Below, one piece after another: positions 30,138 to 41,000 of a DNA stretch of 64,000 nucleotides; positions within the stretch are counted from its first letter, which is position 1, and every line of letters begins with the position of its first letter. Both the position numbers and the translations under genes were made by a program. The DNA comes from Candidatus Marisalimonas marina (lineage in GTDB: Bacteria > Pseudomonadota > Alphaproteobacteria > Puniceispirillales > Marisalimonadaceae). The stretch covers positions 120,971-184,970 of the forward strand of contig JAYPPH010000006.1 of NCBI GenBank assembly GCA_038131365.1, read 5' to 3'. Below the pieces are notes generated by a model. The model had not been told where the DNA came from. It saw only the letters and a program-made list of their open reading frames with translations, and did not search any database.

Positions 30138-32093
30138 ATGCACAATCATGTAGTAAATTATAAATTTTATAAAATTATTATTTTTTTTATATGTTTGTTT
30201 TTTGTAAACCTAAATGAATTAAAAAATTCTTATGCTAATCAAACTACTATTTCAAAAAATTTTATATCTAATGAAGTTTATGATTTTGTTAAATTTGATC
30301 TTCTTCTTGGGTATACGCCAGAAAATAATGAGGACCAGTATTTATTAGGTTTAGAAGTAAAACTTGAACCTAACTGGAAAATTTATTGGAAAAATCCAGG
30401 TGATGCTGGCCTACCACCTAAAATTACATGGGAAAAAACAGAAAACGTAAGCACAGTGAATTTATTATTTCCTGCTCCAAAAAGATTTTCCTTTTATGAT
30501 ATTGAAACTTTTGGTTATGAGAGTGAAGTGGTTTTTCCTCTTGAAATAAAACCAATAGATAAAAAGAAAAAAATTCAGGGGATTTTAGAATTAGATGCCC
30601 AGGTGTGTTCTCAGATTTGTGTGCCAGTTAAACATAAATTTGATTTAAGTAAAATTAATTATTTATTTCAAGATAAGAAATCTTTAACAAAAATTATTAA
30701 ATATAAAGATAAAATTCCGCAGAAATCTACAAACGATAAATTAAAGTTTGTATCTGGTAAAATTGATGGAAATCTTATTAAATTAAAATTTGAAAATTAT
30801 CTAAAGGATAAAGTTAATGATGTTATTTTAGAAGATGGTAAAGGTTTTATTTATCAAAAGACTAATTTTATTGGAGATAATGAGTACTTAAATATTCATT
30901 TCTTAAAAAACAATGTAGCAGAATCTTTGGATTTTCTTAAGCTAACTTTTCTTACTAATAATATTAGTTATGAATTATCAATTGATAATCTAGATAAAAA
31001 ATTGAATCAAATCTCTAAACCCAACTTTAATTTAGGGATAAAAATTATAATTATTGCGTTTGCGGGTGGCTTTATTCTGAACTTTATGCCCTGTGTACTT
31101 CCAGTTTTATCTTTGAAAATGATCCAATTAGTTGGTTTTAGAGCTGAAAGCAGGATGGTTTATAGAAAGAAAATAGTTCTCAACATACTAGGGATTATGA
31201 CTACATTTCTATTACTGTCATTTTTAACTTTCTTGGTTAAAGCAACTGGAAATTATGTGGGATGGGGAATCCAATTTCAAAGTCCATATTTTCTTATATT
31301 CATGATTTTGTTAACTTTTATGTTTGCCCTAAACTTATTTGGAGTTTTTCATTATTTTTTACCTTCAAAATTTTTGACATTTTTATCTTATAAACAAGAG
31401 GGTTATATAGGAGATTTTATAACCGGAATGTTTTTAACCTTATTGGCAACACCTTGCACTGCTCCTCTTGTAGGGACAGCAATTGGTTTTGCTTTGTCAG
31501 GAGGTTTTGTTGACATTTTTTCAATTCTTTTATTTATGGGATTAGGTTTATCATTACCTTTAATAATACTTTTATTTTTCCCAAACATAATAAATTTTAT
31601 TCCTAAGCCAGGGAATTGGTTAATAGTATTTAAAAAACTTATGGCTCTATCGCTCTTGGTTACTTCATTGTGGTTAACTGGCATTTTGTTAAGTTTACTA
31701 AATATCAAAAACCCAATTTCAAAAGTTGATAAGAATTTCTCTGAAACAAGTTGGAATATTGAACAGAATTTTGTTTTTCCAAGTCAATTAGCCCAAGAGG
31801 GTAACACAGTATTTGTAGATATCACTGCTGATTGGTGTATAACGTGCAAAGTTAATAAAAAATTTGTCTTAGACAATCCTGAAGTTATAGAATTGTTCAA
31901 GAAAAATAATATTATTTTCCTTCAGTTAGACTGGACAAAGCCAAATGATAAAATAAAAGAATTTTTAGCTCATAAAGGTCGTTATGGCTTGCCATATAAT
32001 GAGATATATAGCCCATCATTAATAAATGGTAAAATATTACCAGAGTTATTAACTACCGAAATTATTAGGGAATATATAAATTTATCAAAATAA
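30138..32093 (+). CDS. DsbD-superfamily disulfide reductase, ScsB-like
   Basis: N-domain WKIYWKNPGDAG and CSQIC; membrane domain LNFMPCVLPV and ATPCTAP; C-terminal TADWCITCKVN thioredoxin domain. Confidence 0.88.
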   Translation: MHNHVVNYKFYKIIIFFICLFFVNLNELKNSYANQTTISKNFISNEVYDFVKFDLLLGYTPENNEDQYLLGLEVKLEPNWKIYWKNPGDAGLPPKITWEKTENVSTVNLLFPAPKRFSFYDIETFGYESEVVFPLEIKPIDKKKKIQGILELDAQVCSQICVPVKHKFDLSKINYLFQDKKSLTKIIKYKDKIPQKSTNDKLKFVSGKIDGNLIKLKFENYLKDKVNDVILEDGKGFIYQKTNFIGDNEYLNIHFLKNNVAESLDFLKLTFLTNNISYELSIDNLDKKLNQISKPNFNLGIKIIIIAFAGGFILNFMPCVLPVLSLKMIQLVGFRAESRMVYRKKIVLNILGIMTTFLLLSFLTFLVKATGNYVGWGIQFQSPYFLIFMILLTFMFALNLFGVFHYFLPSKFLTFLSYKQEGYIGDFITGMFLTLLATPCTAPLVGTAIGFALSGGFVDIFSILLFMGLGLSLPLIILLFFPNIINFIPKPGNWLIVFKKLMALSLLVTSLWLTGILLSLLNIKNPISKVDKNFSETSWNIEQNFVFPSQLAQEGNTVFVDITADWCITCKVNKKFVLDNPEVIELFKKNNIIFLQLDWTKPNDKIKEFLAHKGRYGLPYNEIYSPSLINGKILPELLTTEIIREYINLSK

Positions 32094-32152
32094 GTTTTTT
32101 ATTTAATTAGTATAAATTTTAGTTTAATAATGAGTTTTTAGAGGAGTTTTGA

Positions 32153-32632
32153 ATGTCGGTAAAAATTGGTGATACCTTTCCTTCAGGTGTTTTTGTTAGT
32201 AAAGATGATGATGGTATTAAACATATTAACATTGAAGAATATTTTGAATCTTCAACTGTAGTCTTGTTTGCTCTGCCTGGGGCTTTTACACCAACCTGTT
32301 CTGCTAAGCATTTACCTGGATTTATAAATAACTCTGAAAAGTTTATCTCAAAGGGGGTCTCTAAAATTGCGTGTATGGCAGTAAATGATCCACATGTTAT
32401 GAAAGCCTGGGCAGAAGCAAGTGGTGTAAACAATAAAATAGATATGCTGTCTGACCCTGATTGTTCTATTTCTAAATCCCTTGGTCTTGATCATAATTTT
32501 GGAAAGGTAATGGGGCATAGATCAAAGCGTTTTGCTATGATTGTTAAAGATAGAATTATTACCAAACTTTTTGTTGAAGAAATCGGAGCATTTGAGGTTT
32601 CAACTGCCGAAAATCTTTTGGATAATTTATAG
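32153..32632 (+). CDS. Peroxiredoxin, Prx5/type II family
   Basis: LPGAFTPTCSAKHLPGF, VNDPHVMKAW, RSKRFAMIV. Confidence 0.92.
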   Translation: MSVKIGDTFPSGVFVSKDDDGIKHINIEEYFESSTVVLFALPGAFTPTCSAKHLPGFINNSEKFISKGVSKIACMAVNDPHVMKAWAEASGVNNKIDMLSDPDCSISKSLGLDHNFGKVMGHRSKRFAMIVKDRIITKLFVEEIGAFEVSTAENLLDNL

Positions 32633-32636
32633 TTGT

Positions 32637-33071
32637 TTAACTATTTTTTATTGCATCAACAGCTAATTTATCAGCAATTTCGTTGTAATGATTACCAGAG
32701 TGACCTTTAACCCAAAACCATTCTATTTTATGAGCTTCTACACATCTATCTAATTCGATCCATAGCTCCTTATTAGCCACTGATTTCTTATTTGCAGTTC
32801 TCCAACCATTTTTTTTCCAGTTCAATATCCATTGATTAATTCCATTTTTTACATATTGGGAGTCTGTATATATGTGAATGTTACTTGTTTTTTCTATACT
32901 TTTAAGTGCTTCTATAGTTGCAGTAAGCTCCATCTGGTTATTTGTTGTTAGAGGTTCAAAACCTGATAAATGTATCTCTTTCTCTTCTTTAAGGATAACT
33001 GCTCCCCATCCTCCTTTACCAGGATTTCCAGAACAAGCACCATCAGTATATATTGTTATTACACCACTCAT
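32637..33071 (-). CDS. rnhA: Ribonuclease HI
   Basis: IYTDGACSGNPG, TTNNQMEL, TDSQYV, WVKGHSG, NEIADKLA. Confidence 0.96.
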   Translation of the reverse strand: MSGVITIYTDGACSGNPGKGGWGAVILKEEKEIHLSGFEPLTTNNQMELTATIEALKSIEKTSNIHIYTDSQYVKNGINQWILNWKKNGWRTANKKSVANKELWIELDRCVEAHKIEWFWVKGHSGNHYNEIADKLAVDAIKNS

Positions 33072-33080
33072 TTTTTAATT

Positions 33081-34052
33081 TTAGTTATAATTAATTTTTT
33101 CTACAACATTTGAAAAATATTTCATTTTTCTAATATATTCCTTTGGATCTTTAGGAATAACATCTGCCTTCTCCGGGGTATTCACCCAATCGTAAAGCCT
33201 TGTTAGTAAGAACCTCATTGAAGCAGCTTGAGATAACAAAGGTAAAAAGAAGATTTCATCTTTATTTAATTTCCTTTGAGAATTATAACCTTTTAATAAA
33301 GAATCATACTTTTGTGAATTAAAAACATCATTTTTATTAAAACACCAAGCATTAATAGCTATAGCTAGATCATAGGCTAAAATGTCAGTACAGCTGAAAT
33401 AAAAATCAATAATTCCTGAAACTTTTTGATTTTGAAAAAAAACATTATCTGGAAACATATCGGCGTGAATAAAGCCCTTTGGAAGGTGAGATGGCCAATT
33501 CTTTTCACAAAAATAAAGAGTTTTTTTAATATCTTCAATTAAATCACTACCTAAATCAGTTAACAAACTTGTAGGTATTGAATTTGAACATTTATGAACT
33601 AGTTCTTTCCATCCATCTATTGATAGAGAGTTTTTTCGCTGCATAGGAAAATCATAGCTTTGATTATGCATGTGGCCCATATAAGAACCGACATTGAAAC
33701 AATCATCTGTACTAATATTTGATTTCGATTTCCCTTCAAGAAAATTAACAATTATTGAGGACTTTCCGTATAATTCTTGAATATAGTTATTATTTAAATC
33801 TTTGATTGGGTGAGGGCATAGAAAGTTTTTCTTACTTAAGTGGGTCATCACATTCAAAAAAAATGGAAGTTCATTTTTATTTACTCGATTTTCAAAAATA
33901 GTAAGGATAAATTTACCATGCGTGGTTTTAATAAAAAAATTACTATTTTCAATACCTTCGGTTATTCCATTGTATAAAATTAAATCGCCTATATCGTAAA
34001 GTTTTAAAAATTTTAGTAATTGTTCTTCATGTAATTCAGTATAAACAGCCAA
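33081..34052 (-). CDS. thrB: Homoserine kinase type II
   Basis: AVYT, GIENSNF, ILTIFE, GFIHADMFPDNVFF, GIIDFYFSC, RFLLTRLYDW. Confidence 0.93.
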   Translation of the reverse strand: MAVYTELHEEQLLKFLKLYDIGDLILYNGITEGIENSNFFIKTTHGKFILTIFENRVNKNELPFFLNVMTHLSKKNFLCPHPIKDLNNNYIQELYGKSSIIVNFLEGKSKSNISTDDCFNVGSYMGHMHNQSYDFPMQRKNSLSIDGWKELVHKCSNSIPTSLLTDLGSDLIEDIKKTLYFCEKNWPSHLPKGFIHADMFPDNVFFQNQKVSGIIDFYFSCTDILAYDLAIAINAWCFNKNDVFNSQKYDSLLKGYNSQRKLNKDEIFFLPLLSQAASMRFLLTRLYDWVNTPEKADVIPKDPKEYIRKMKYFSNVVEKINYN

Positions 34053-34068
34053 TTTACTACCTAATTTT

Positions 34069-35022
34069 TTATCTTAAAATCTTTGGCAAATTAAAAGTGA
34101 TATTTTCTTTTGTTACAGCATGATCAATAAGATTAACATCGAAATCTTTTTTTAGTTTGGATATCAAAACTTGGACTAAGGTCTCAGGCGCGGAGGCACC
34201 AGCAGTTAACCCAAGGTTAGGAGTTATGGAGGGATTAAAACCCTCAAGAAATTGATCTAATCTATACTCATCAGGGATTAATTGTGCTTTTTTAACGCCA
34301 TGGCTTAAAGCAACTTCAACTAGTCTAAGAGAGTTAGAAGAATTTTCAGCTCCAATCACTAAAATAGTATCACATAGATTAGCCATTGATTTTACAGCTT
34401 GTTGCCTGTTTGTTGTTGCATAGCAAATATCTTCAGAGTTTGGCCCTTTTATTGAAGGAAATCTTTTTTTTAAAACAGTCAGTATCTCTCGCGTGTCATC
34501 AAGTGATAAGGTCGTTTGGGTAGCGTATGCTAATTTTTCTGAATTTTTAACGTTTATATTTCTGGCATCGTCAACTGTTTCGATTAGAGAAACAAATTCA
34601 CTAGGTACTTGACCCATAGTGCCAATTACCTCTGGGTGGTTTTTATGTCCAACTAATAATATATGTCTTCCAAGATTATAGTGTCTTATTGTCTCATTGT
34701 GAACTTTAGTTACTAAAGGGCATGTAGCATCAATAGAAATCATTTTTCTTTTATTTGCTTCATTGACAACTGATTTAGCAACTCCGTGAGCAGAAAATAT
34801 AATTGGCCTATCTTTAGGTGCCTCATGAACTTCATCAACAAATACAGCACCTATTTTTGCTAATGAATTAACAACATCCTTATTATGTACTATTTCATGT
34901 CTTACATAAACAGGGGAACCAAACTTTTTAATTGTTTCTTCAACAATTTTTACTGCTCTATCTACACCTGCGCAAAATCCTCTTGGCGATGCTAAATATA
35001 AATTTATATTTTGTTTCTTCAT
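34069..35022 (-). CDS. ispH: 4-hydroxy-3-methylbut-2-enyl diphosphate reductase
   Basis: PRGFCAGV, HEIVHN, SAHGV, DATCPLVTKVH, ICYATTNRQ, SSNS. Confidence 0.97.
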   Translation of the reverse strand: MKKQNINLYLASPRGFCAGVDRAVKIVEETIKKFGSPVYVRHEIVHNKDVVNSLAKIGAVFVDEVHEAPKDRPIIFSAHGVAKSVVNEANKRKMISIDATCPLVTKVHNETIRHYNLGRHILLVGHKNHPEVIGTMGQVPSEFVSLIETVDDARNINVKNSEKLAYATQTTLSLDDTREILTVLKKRFPSIKGPNSEDICYATTNRQQAVKSMANLCDTILVIGAENSSNSLRLVEVALSHGVKKAQLIPDEYRLDQFLEGFNPSITPNLGLTAGASAPETLVQVLISKLKKDFDVNLIDHAVTKENITFNLPKILR

Positions 35023-35104
35023 AATTTACTTTTGATGTATTACATTGATTACGTCAACTAAGATTAATTTAACAACAAACTTTTTTTACATATAGGAAAT
35101 AATA

Positions 35105-35533
35105 ATGAATAAGCTAATTAAAATTTTTATGTTCTTATTATTAAGTGGTTGTGCAGTTATAGAAAAAGAAAAAATCGATTGTCCTAAATTTACATCGTTT
35201 AGAGAAGCGGCTGAGGTTGTAGTAAAATCAGAAAATAATTTTCCTATTTATATTGGTATAAGAGGAGTACAAACTTATTGTACTGATAATGATAAGGATA
35301 TTGACATGGAATTGTCAGTGAATATAAGGGCAATAAGAAATGATATAAGTATTGAAGATTATGTTCCAGTAAATATATCAGTGGTGTCCTTGGATCTCGC
35401 AAATAATGAATATGAAAGAGATGATTTTTCGTACTCGCAATTTATGTTAAAAAATAGCCGTATTGTTGACAGAGCTACCAAATTTAATTTGAATGTGCCT
35501 AAAGGTGGTAGGGTTTTAATAGGAATTAAATAG
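35105..35533 (+). CDS. Hypothetical lipoprotein
   Basis: MNKLIKIFMFLLLSGC: basic N-terminus, hydrophobic core, LSGC lipobox; no family recognised. Confidence 0.7.
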   Translation: MNKLIKIFMFLLLSGCAVIEKEKIDCPKFTSFREAAEVVVKSENNFPIYIGIRGVQTYCTDNDKDIDMELSVNIRAIRNDISIEDYVPVNISVVSLDLANNEYERDDFSYSQFMLKNSRIVDRATKFNLNVPKGGRVLIGIK

Positions 35534-35539
35534 TTATAA

Positions 35540-36025
35540 CTAATTAATTGAAGTCGCTTTAATCTCATTAGATGATTTAGTAATTAATTTACTATTTTCC
35601 TTCGGATCAAGGTGTTCATCTATATAAATTTTTGAAGATTCAATGACAATATTACTAGTAATTTTTTTAATTTGATTAATTGCATCATTTTCCAGTGTTA
35701 AAATCTTCTGTTCAGCTTGCTCTTCTTTCCTTTTAATAATTTCAGATGACTTCGCCTTAGCTTCTTCCATTATTGTCTTAGCATTTTCTTTAGCTTCTTT
35801 AAGGATATTGTTAGCTTCTTCTGAAATATTTTTTTGCGTTTGTAGAGCTTGTCTTAGTTCTTCTAAAGCTTCTTCTTTTAGTGATTTAGCCTGATTTAAT
35901 TCATTTTCAATTAATGAAGATCTATTATCTAATAAAGAAGTTATGGCTTGGCTGCCCTTTTTCCAAACCAAAATAATGAAAAGAATAAATGCTATTGCTA
36001 CCCATGCCGTTTCGTCAAGATACAT
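35540..36025 (-). CDS. atpF: F0 ATP synthase subunit b
   Basis: DETAWVAIAF N-terminal TM followed by a long coiled coil; last gene of the atp F0 operon. Confidence 0.88.
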   Translation of the reverse strand: MYLDETAWVAIAFILFIILVWKKGSQAITSLLDNRSSLIENELNQAKSLKEEALEELRQALQTQKNISEEANNILKEAKENAKTIMEEAKAKSSEIIKRKEEQAEQKILTLENDAINQIKKITSNIVIESSKIYIDEHLDPKENSKLITKSSNEIKATSIN

Positions 36026-36610
36026 TTATTTCTCCATTAAAATTTTTTTAGAAGCTAATTTAACTGCTTTTTCAATATCAGATTTATTACATTTTAAGTT
36101 TGTAAATTTTTTAACAACACTAGTAGTTATTTCTTCAGCAGATCCAATAACCTCATCAATCACAGTTTTTTGTGTATTTAAGATTTTATCTTCACTTTTG
36201 GAAACTTTTTGATCTAATTTCTTAGAAATATCCTTTTCATCTTTTTCAATCATCTCTCTTGCTTTTACCAATGCATCATTGATGATTGATTGTGATTTAG
36301 ATTTTATTTCTTCTTGATCTTGTAAAATACTTTGTTTTATTTTTTCAGCCTCTTGGCTAGAAGATTTAGCTTTTACCAAATCATTTTGAATAGTTGTTTC
36401 TCTGGCATTAAGAATTGATTTTATATTTGGTGTCACCAAATATCTCATTAAAAAATAACCAATTATTAAAGATATAACTGACCAGAATATAAGTGAAGGG
36501 TAGGTATTTAAATCTAATTGAGGTAAACCACCTTTGCTCTCTTCACCCAACGCCGAGCTTGAAACGACTAAGAAAGTAAATATAAAATAATGAATTTTAA
36601 AATTTTTCAT
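36026..36610 (-). CDS. F0 ATP synthase subunit b' (likely start MKNFK at 36610)
   Basis: GGLPQLD...SLIFW...P.I..IL..R motif of alphaproteobacterial b'; lies between atpE and atpF. Confidence 0.88.
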   Translation of the reverse strand: MKNFKIHYFIFTFLVVSSSALGEESKGGLPQLDLNTYPSLIFWSVISLIIGYFLMRYLVTPNIKSILNARETTIQNDLVKAKSSSQEAEKIKQSILQDQEEIKSKSQSIINDALVKAREMIEKDEKDISKKLDQKVSKSEDKILNTQKTVIDEVIGSAEEITTSVVKKFTNLKCNKSDIEKAVKLASKKILMEK

Positions 36611-36626
36611 TTTTATTCTTTTTCTT

Positions 36627-36660
36627 AAGAAAATACCTGCAGTCAACGAACTACAGGTAT
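36627..36660 (-). terminator. Hairpin plus short U tract downstream of atpE
   Basis: Minus strand AUACCUGUAGU-ucguug-ACUGCAGGUAU (11 bp, one G-U) followed by UUUCUU. Confidence 0.6.
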
Positions 36661-36673
36661 TGAATTTTTAAGT

Positions 36674-36901
36674 TTAAAATGTGAATAGAAGTAAGAGTGC
36701 AATCACTAGTGCGAAAAGCGCAACAGCTTCTGTAAGAGCAAATCCAAGAATAGCTATACCAAATACTTCATTTTTAGCAGCTGGATTTCGTCCTACAGCT
36801 GTTACTAATGATGCAAAGATATTACCTATACCTACACCAACACCAGCTAGAGCTATAACAGCTAAGCCAGCACCTATTAATTTTGCGGCATCCATTTCCA
36901 T
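36674..36901 (-). CDS. atpE: F0 ATP synthase subunit c
   Basis: [15 protein letters not shown] loop, GFALTEA carrier Glu. Confidence 0.97.
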   Translation of the reverse strand: MEMDAAKLIGAGLAVIALAGVGVGIGNIFASLVTAVGRNPAAKNEVFGIAILGFALTEAVALFALVIALLLLFTF

Positions 36902-36937
36902 TTTATTTTCCTTTCATTTTAAAATGTTAATCATTAA

Positions 36938-37681
36938 TTAGTGTAAATGTATTGCATCGTGTAAATACATACATGTTAATATGCTAAAAACATATGCTTG
37001 AAGAGCTGCTACAAGAAATTCCAGCCCTGTTAAACCAATTACTGCCAGAAGTGGTAGTACAGCACCAATTTTTAAAAGACCACCAGCAGAACCCATCATT
37101 ATAATTAGTCCAGCAAAAACTTTCATCATAGTGTGACCTGCTAACATATTAGCAAATAATCTTACTGATAAACTGATTGGACGTATGAAGTATGAAATTA
37201 TCTCAATAGGAATTAATAACGGAGCTAATGCAATAGGAACACCTGAGGGAAAAAAATAGGTGAAAAATTTAAAACCATGTTTAAATAAAGCAATTAAAGT
37301 AACCCCAACAAAGATTATGGCTGCTAAAGTAAAAGTTACTGCTATTTGTGAAGTAAAAGTATAACTATACGGGATCATACCTAACAAATTACCGAATAAA
37401 ATAAACATGAATAAAGTAAAAACAAATGGGAAATAGGCTTGACTTCCTTTACCAGCATTTTCTTTAACCATATTAGCAACAAATTCATATGACATCTCAA
37501 CAAGACATTGAATTCTGTTTGGTACAAGAGATTGTTTTCTTGCTCCAAAATATAAAAAACCTATTGAACAACAAATTGATAAAATCATAAATAAAGAAGC
37601 GTTAGTAAAGGAAACATCAATACCCATCAGATTAAGGTCATATAAGGTTTTAATAGTAAATTGTTCTACAGGTGAATTCAT
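36938..37681 (-). CDS. atpB: F0 ATP synthase subunit a
   Basis: PVEQF, RPISLSVRLFANMLAGH, LQAYVF. Confidence 0.97.
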   Translation of the reverse strand: MNSPVEQFTIKTLYDLNLMGIDVSFTNASLFMILSICCSIGFLYFGARKQSLVPNRIQCLVEMSYEFVANMVKENAGKGSQAYFPFVFTLFMFILFGNLLGMIPYSYTFTSQIAVTFTLAAIIFVGVTLIALFKHGFKFFTYFFPSGVPIALAPLLIPIEIISYFIRPISLSVRLFANMLAGHTMMKVFAGLIIMMGSAGGLLKIGAVLPLLAVIGLTGLEFLVAALQAYVFSILTCMYLHDAIHLH

Positions 37682-37700
37682 TTTTTATTTTCTATATTAA

Positions 37701-38003
37701 TTAATCAAAATATCCAATTTTTAACCCCTTTCCAGTTACCACTCTCCAGAGGTTTAATATACCAGCTGCTCCACCAAGAAGAAAAAAAACAATCAAAAAC
37801 CAAGGTGTGGTTTCTAACCATTGATCAATTGTCCAACCTATTCCTGCTCCAATCATTAGACCTGCTAATAATTCTGTAGCAACCCTAGAAAAAATATTAA
37901 CAAAAGATTTATTATGGTTATTGGGGTCTTTTATTTTTCCTTCTTTAGATATTGCAATATCAATTCTTTCCGTCAAAGTTTTATTATTTTTTAACGAGCT
38001 CAT
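37701..38003 (-). CDS. atpI: ATP synthase protein I (AtpZ/AtpI)
   Basis: ELLAGLMIGAGIGW.ID....T.PW...GGAAG..N; first gene of the operon. Confidence 0.88.
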   Translation of the reverse strand: MSSLKNNKTLTERIDIAISKEGKIKDPNNHNKSFVNIFSRVATELLAGLMIGAGIGWTIDQWLETTPWFLIVFFLLGGAAGILNLWRVVTGKGLKIGYFD

Positions 38004-38091
38004 AATCTGCTTTCATCTACAATTAATAAGCGTGCTTAAACTATTTTGAGCTAACAAATAAGTCAAGAGTTTACTTCAAAAAAAAGTTTAA

Positions 38092-41000
38092 TTATGCACT
38101 TTTTTTCATTCTATTTGCTTGTTCTAAATTTACTCCTACTAACCTACTGATTCCTTTTTGTTCCATAGTCACTCCAAACAGTCTATCCATTTTGGCCATA
38201 GTAAGTCTGTGGTGTGTAACTACTAAAAAATAAGTATCTGTTTCCTCTGATATTTTTTCTAATAGATTACAGAATCTTCCTACGTTTGAATCATCAAGTG
38301 GGGCATCAACTTCATCTAAAATACATATAGGTGCAGGGTTACATAGAAAAACAGAAAATATTAGTGAAATCGCGGTTAATGCTTGCTCTCCACCAGATAA
38401 AAGGGATAAAAGTTGCATTTTTTTTCCAGGAGGACTTGCCAAAACTTCTAGACCTGCATTTAAAGGGTCTTCATCTCCAATTAACTTTAATTCAGCATTA
38501 CCTCCGCCAAAAAGTTTTTGGAAAAGATTCTTAAAATTTTTATTAACCTCTTCAAAACTTTCTTTTAGCCTTTGTCTTCCCTCTTTATTAAGTTCAAATA
38601 TACCTGTTTTCAATTTATCAATAGCTTGTTCTAGGTCTATCCTTTCATCAGACATGGTTTTTATTTTTTCTTTCATTTCATTCATTTCTACTTCTGCACG
38701 AAGGTTTACTGCACCAATAGAATCTCTTTCATTAAGTAATCTTTGGACTGTTTTTTCTAATATTTCAGTAGAAGTATTTATTTCATCATTTTTATTAAGA
38801 TTAGCAATTTCATACAGTTGATCTGTATTAATTCTAAGCTTTTCAAATACCCTATCTTCTATGTTTTTAACTTGATTTTTTGAGAGGTTAAGCTTTGCTT
38901 CAATCTTAATCATTTCTTCTCTTAGGAATGAAACTTTTTGTTCACTTTGTTTTTCTAATTTTTCTAAATTATTTAAATTAGTTTCAGCTTCAACTAAATT
39001 ATCAGCTGCTTTATTTCTTAATAATAATGCTTTTTCAATTTCTTGATTTAATTCATCATCTTTTTTTTTGAAATCATCAGGTAAATCCAAAAGATTTTGT
39101 TTTTTCTCCATGAGGTCTTTTTGTCTATCTCTCAATGATGATAGGCGTGTTATTGCCTCTTGTTCTCTTTTCTTCCAGTTATTTTTTTGATTAGTGATTT
39201 GAAGTAAGTTTCTGGATCTAAAACTTTCATGATTTCGTAATTGTTGTTCTGCAGCCATTGCATCAGTTAATGAATTTCTACTCTGGTCAGCAATAGTTCT
39301 TATCTCTAATTCTTCAGCCAATAACTGAGGTAAATTACTTGAATTAACCAGTTCGGCATTCAATAAATCGAGTTCTTTGTTAGAGACATTAATAATATTT
39401 TGATGCTCTTTTATTAGAATTTTTGATGAACTAAGCTTAGATTCTATTTTTGTATTCAATAAATTTAAATTATTATTTTTTTCTATTAATTCAGAAATTT
39501 CCTTTTCTAATTCCAAAACATATTTTTCTATTTCTTTTAGAGAGGATTCATTTTCATTAATGATTTTTTCAATACTTTTTTGTTTTTTTTCTAGATGAGG
39601 TATCTCATTTTCCAAAGTTCTGAGCTTAGCTAATTTTTGCAGTCTTTCTGAGTAGCTATTTTGAACTTCTGGAGGTTGAACAAAACCATCCCATCTCCAT
39701 AATCCACCTTCCAATGTTGTTAATGCTTGTCCAAAAGATAGTTTATTTTGAAGTTGAAATGCTTTTTCTTGATTATCCACAACTCCTACACCCAATAAAG
39801 CAATATCTAATATTGAATTACTTTTGATATTATCAACAATAGGTTTCGCCCCATTGGGAAGAGTTGTTTGTAAGCTACTCCGGAAATTATTTCTCCAAAA
39901 CGATGTATTTGTTTTGCTATCTAAATTCGATAATACTGGAGCTAATAAAGTTTCTCCTAGAATTGAACCAATAGATTTTTCAAGACTAGCATAGTTATCA
40001 ATACTCTTTTCTAGCGTTTCATTATTTGATGAATTATGGCCTAGCAATGATGAAAGTGAGTTAAATTCTGCTCTATTTAAATTAATTTTATTATCAGCCT
40101 CATTTTTCTCTTTATATAAATCAGTTAGGGTTTTTTTAATAATTTCGTATTCATTCTTCTTAGAAACTAATAATTTATTCTTCTCTTCTAATATTTCTTT
40201 GCCTTCAATTAGTTTTTGATTGTTGTTTTCAAAATTCTTTTCGTCTTCGGAAAGATTAAATTGGGGAATTTGAGTTTCGGATTTTATAATTTTTTCTTTG
40301 AGGTCATTAATACGATTTTCTATATTTTCTTTGTTAGATTTTAAAGAAAATATTTGTGAACTTATTGAGGATAGTTTTGTATCTGCTTCATCAGATTTTT
40401 CCTTAAGCTTTTTAACTAAATTTTTTGCCTCATTAATTTTACTTTCAAAATCTTCTGAGTCGGTTTTCAATTCTTTTTCTTCACTCATTAAATTTAAGAA
40501 ATTTTTTTGGGCATCTTCTTTAATTTCCAACTCTCTTTCAATATCTAACTCTATTTGTGATAATTGATTGGAAATATTTTCAAGGGTTCTATTAGCTGAA
40601 GATTTTTCTTCTTCTAATCTAATTTTTTTTATATTTAGAGATTGTAAAAAAGCAGCTTTTTCAGCCTCTATTTGCTTTAATTCTGGAATTTTATCAAATG
40701 CTACTAATTTAGATTTTGTATTTTTTGTTACATCTAGTTGTGCTTGATTAACATTATCAGAAGCTTCTTCATATTCTTTTTTAAAACTTTTAAGTTCAAT
40801 CTCTAATGAATTTAACAGTTTAATAAACAATGTCGACTCAGCTTTTCTTAATCGTTCGCCTACAGATTTATAACGAACAGCTTTTCTAGCTTGTTTTTCT
40901 AATTCGACTAATTGTTCTTGATATGTTTGTTCAATGTCCATGAGCCTACTTAAATTATCTGTAGCTCCATTTAATTTCAGTTCAGCTTCATGTCTTCTAC

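Noticed and set aside
35046-35058. TTGAT-tac-GTCAA upstream of ispH, FNR-like
   Set aside because: Spacing is one base short of TTGAT-N4-ATCAA and one arm mismatches.
38800-40800. Low-complexity Lys/Glu/Asn periodic sequence
   Set aside because: Explained by the Smc coiled-coil arms; no exact DNA repeats seen.
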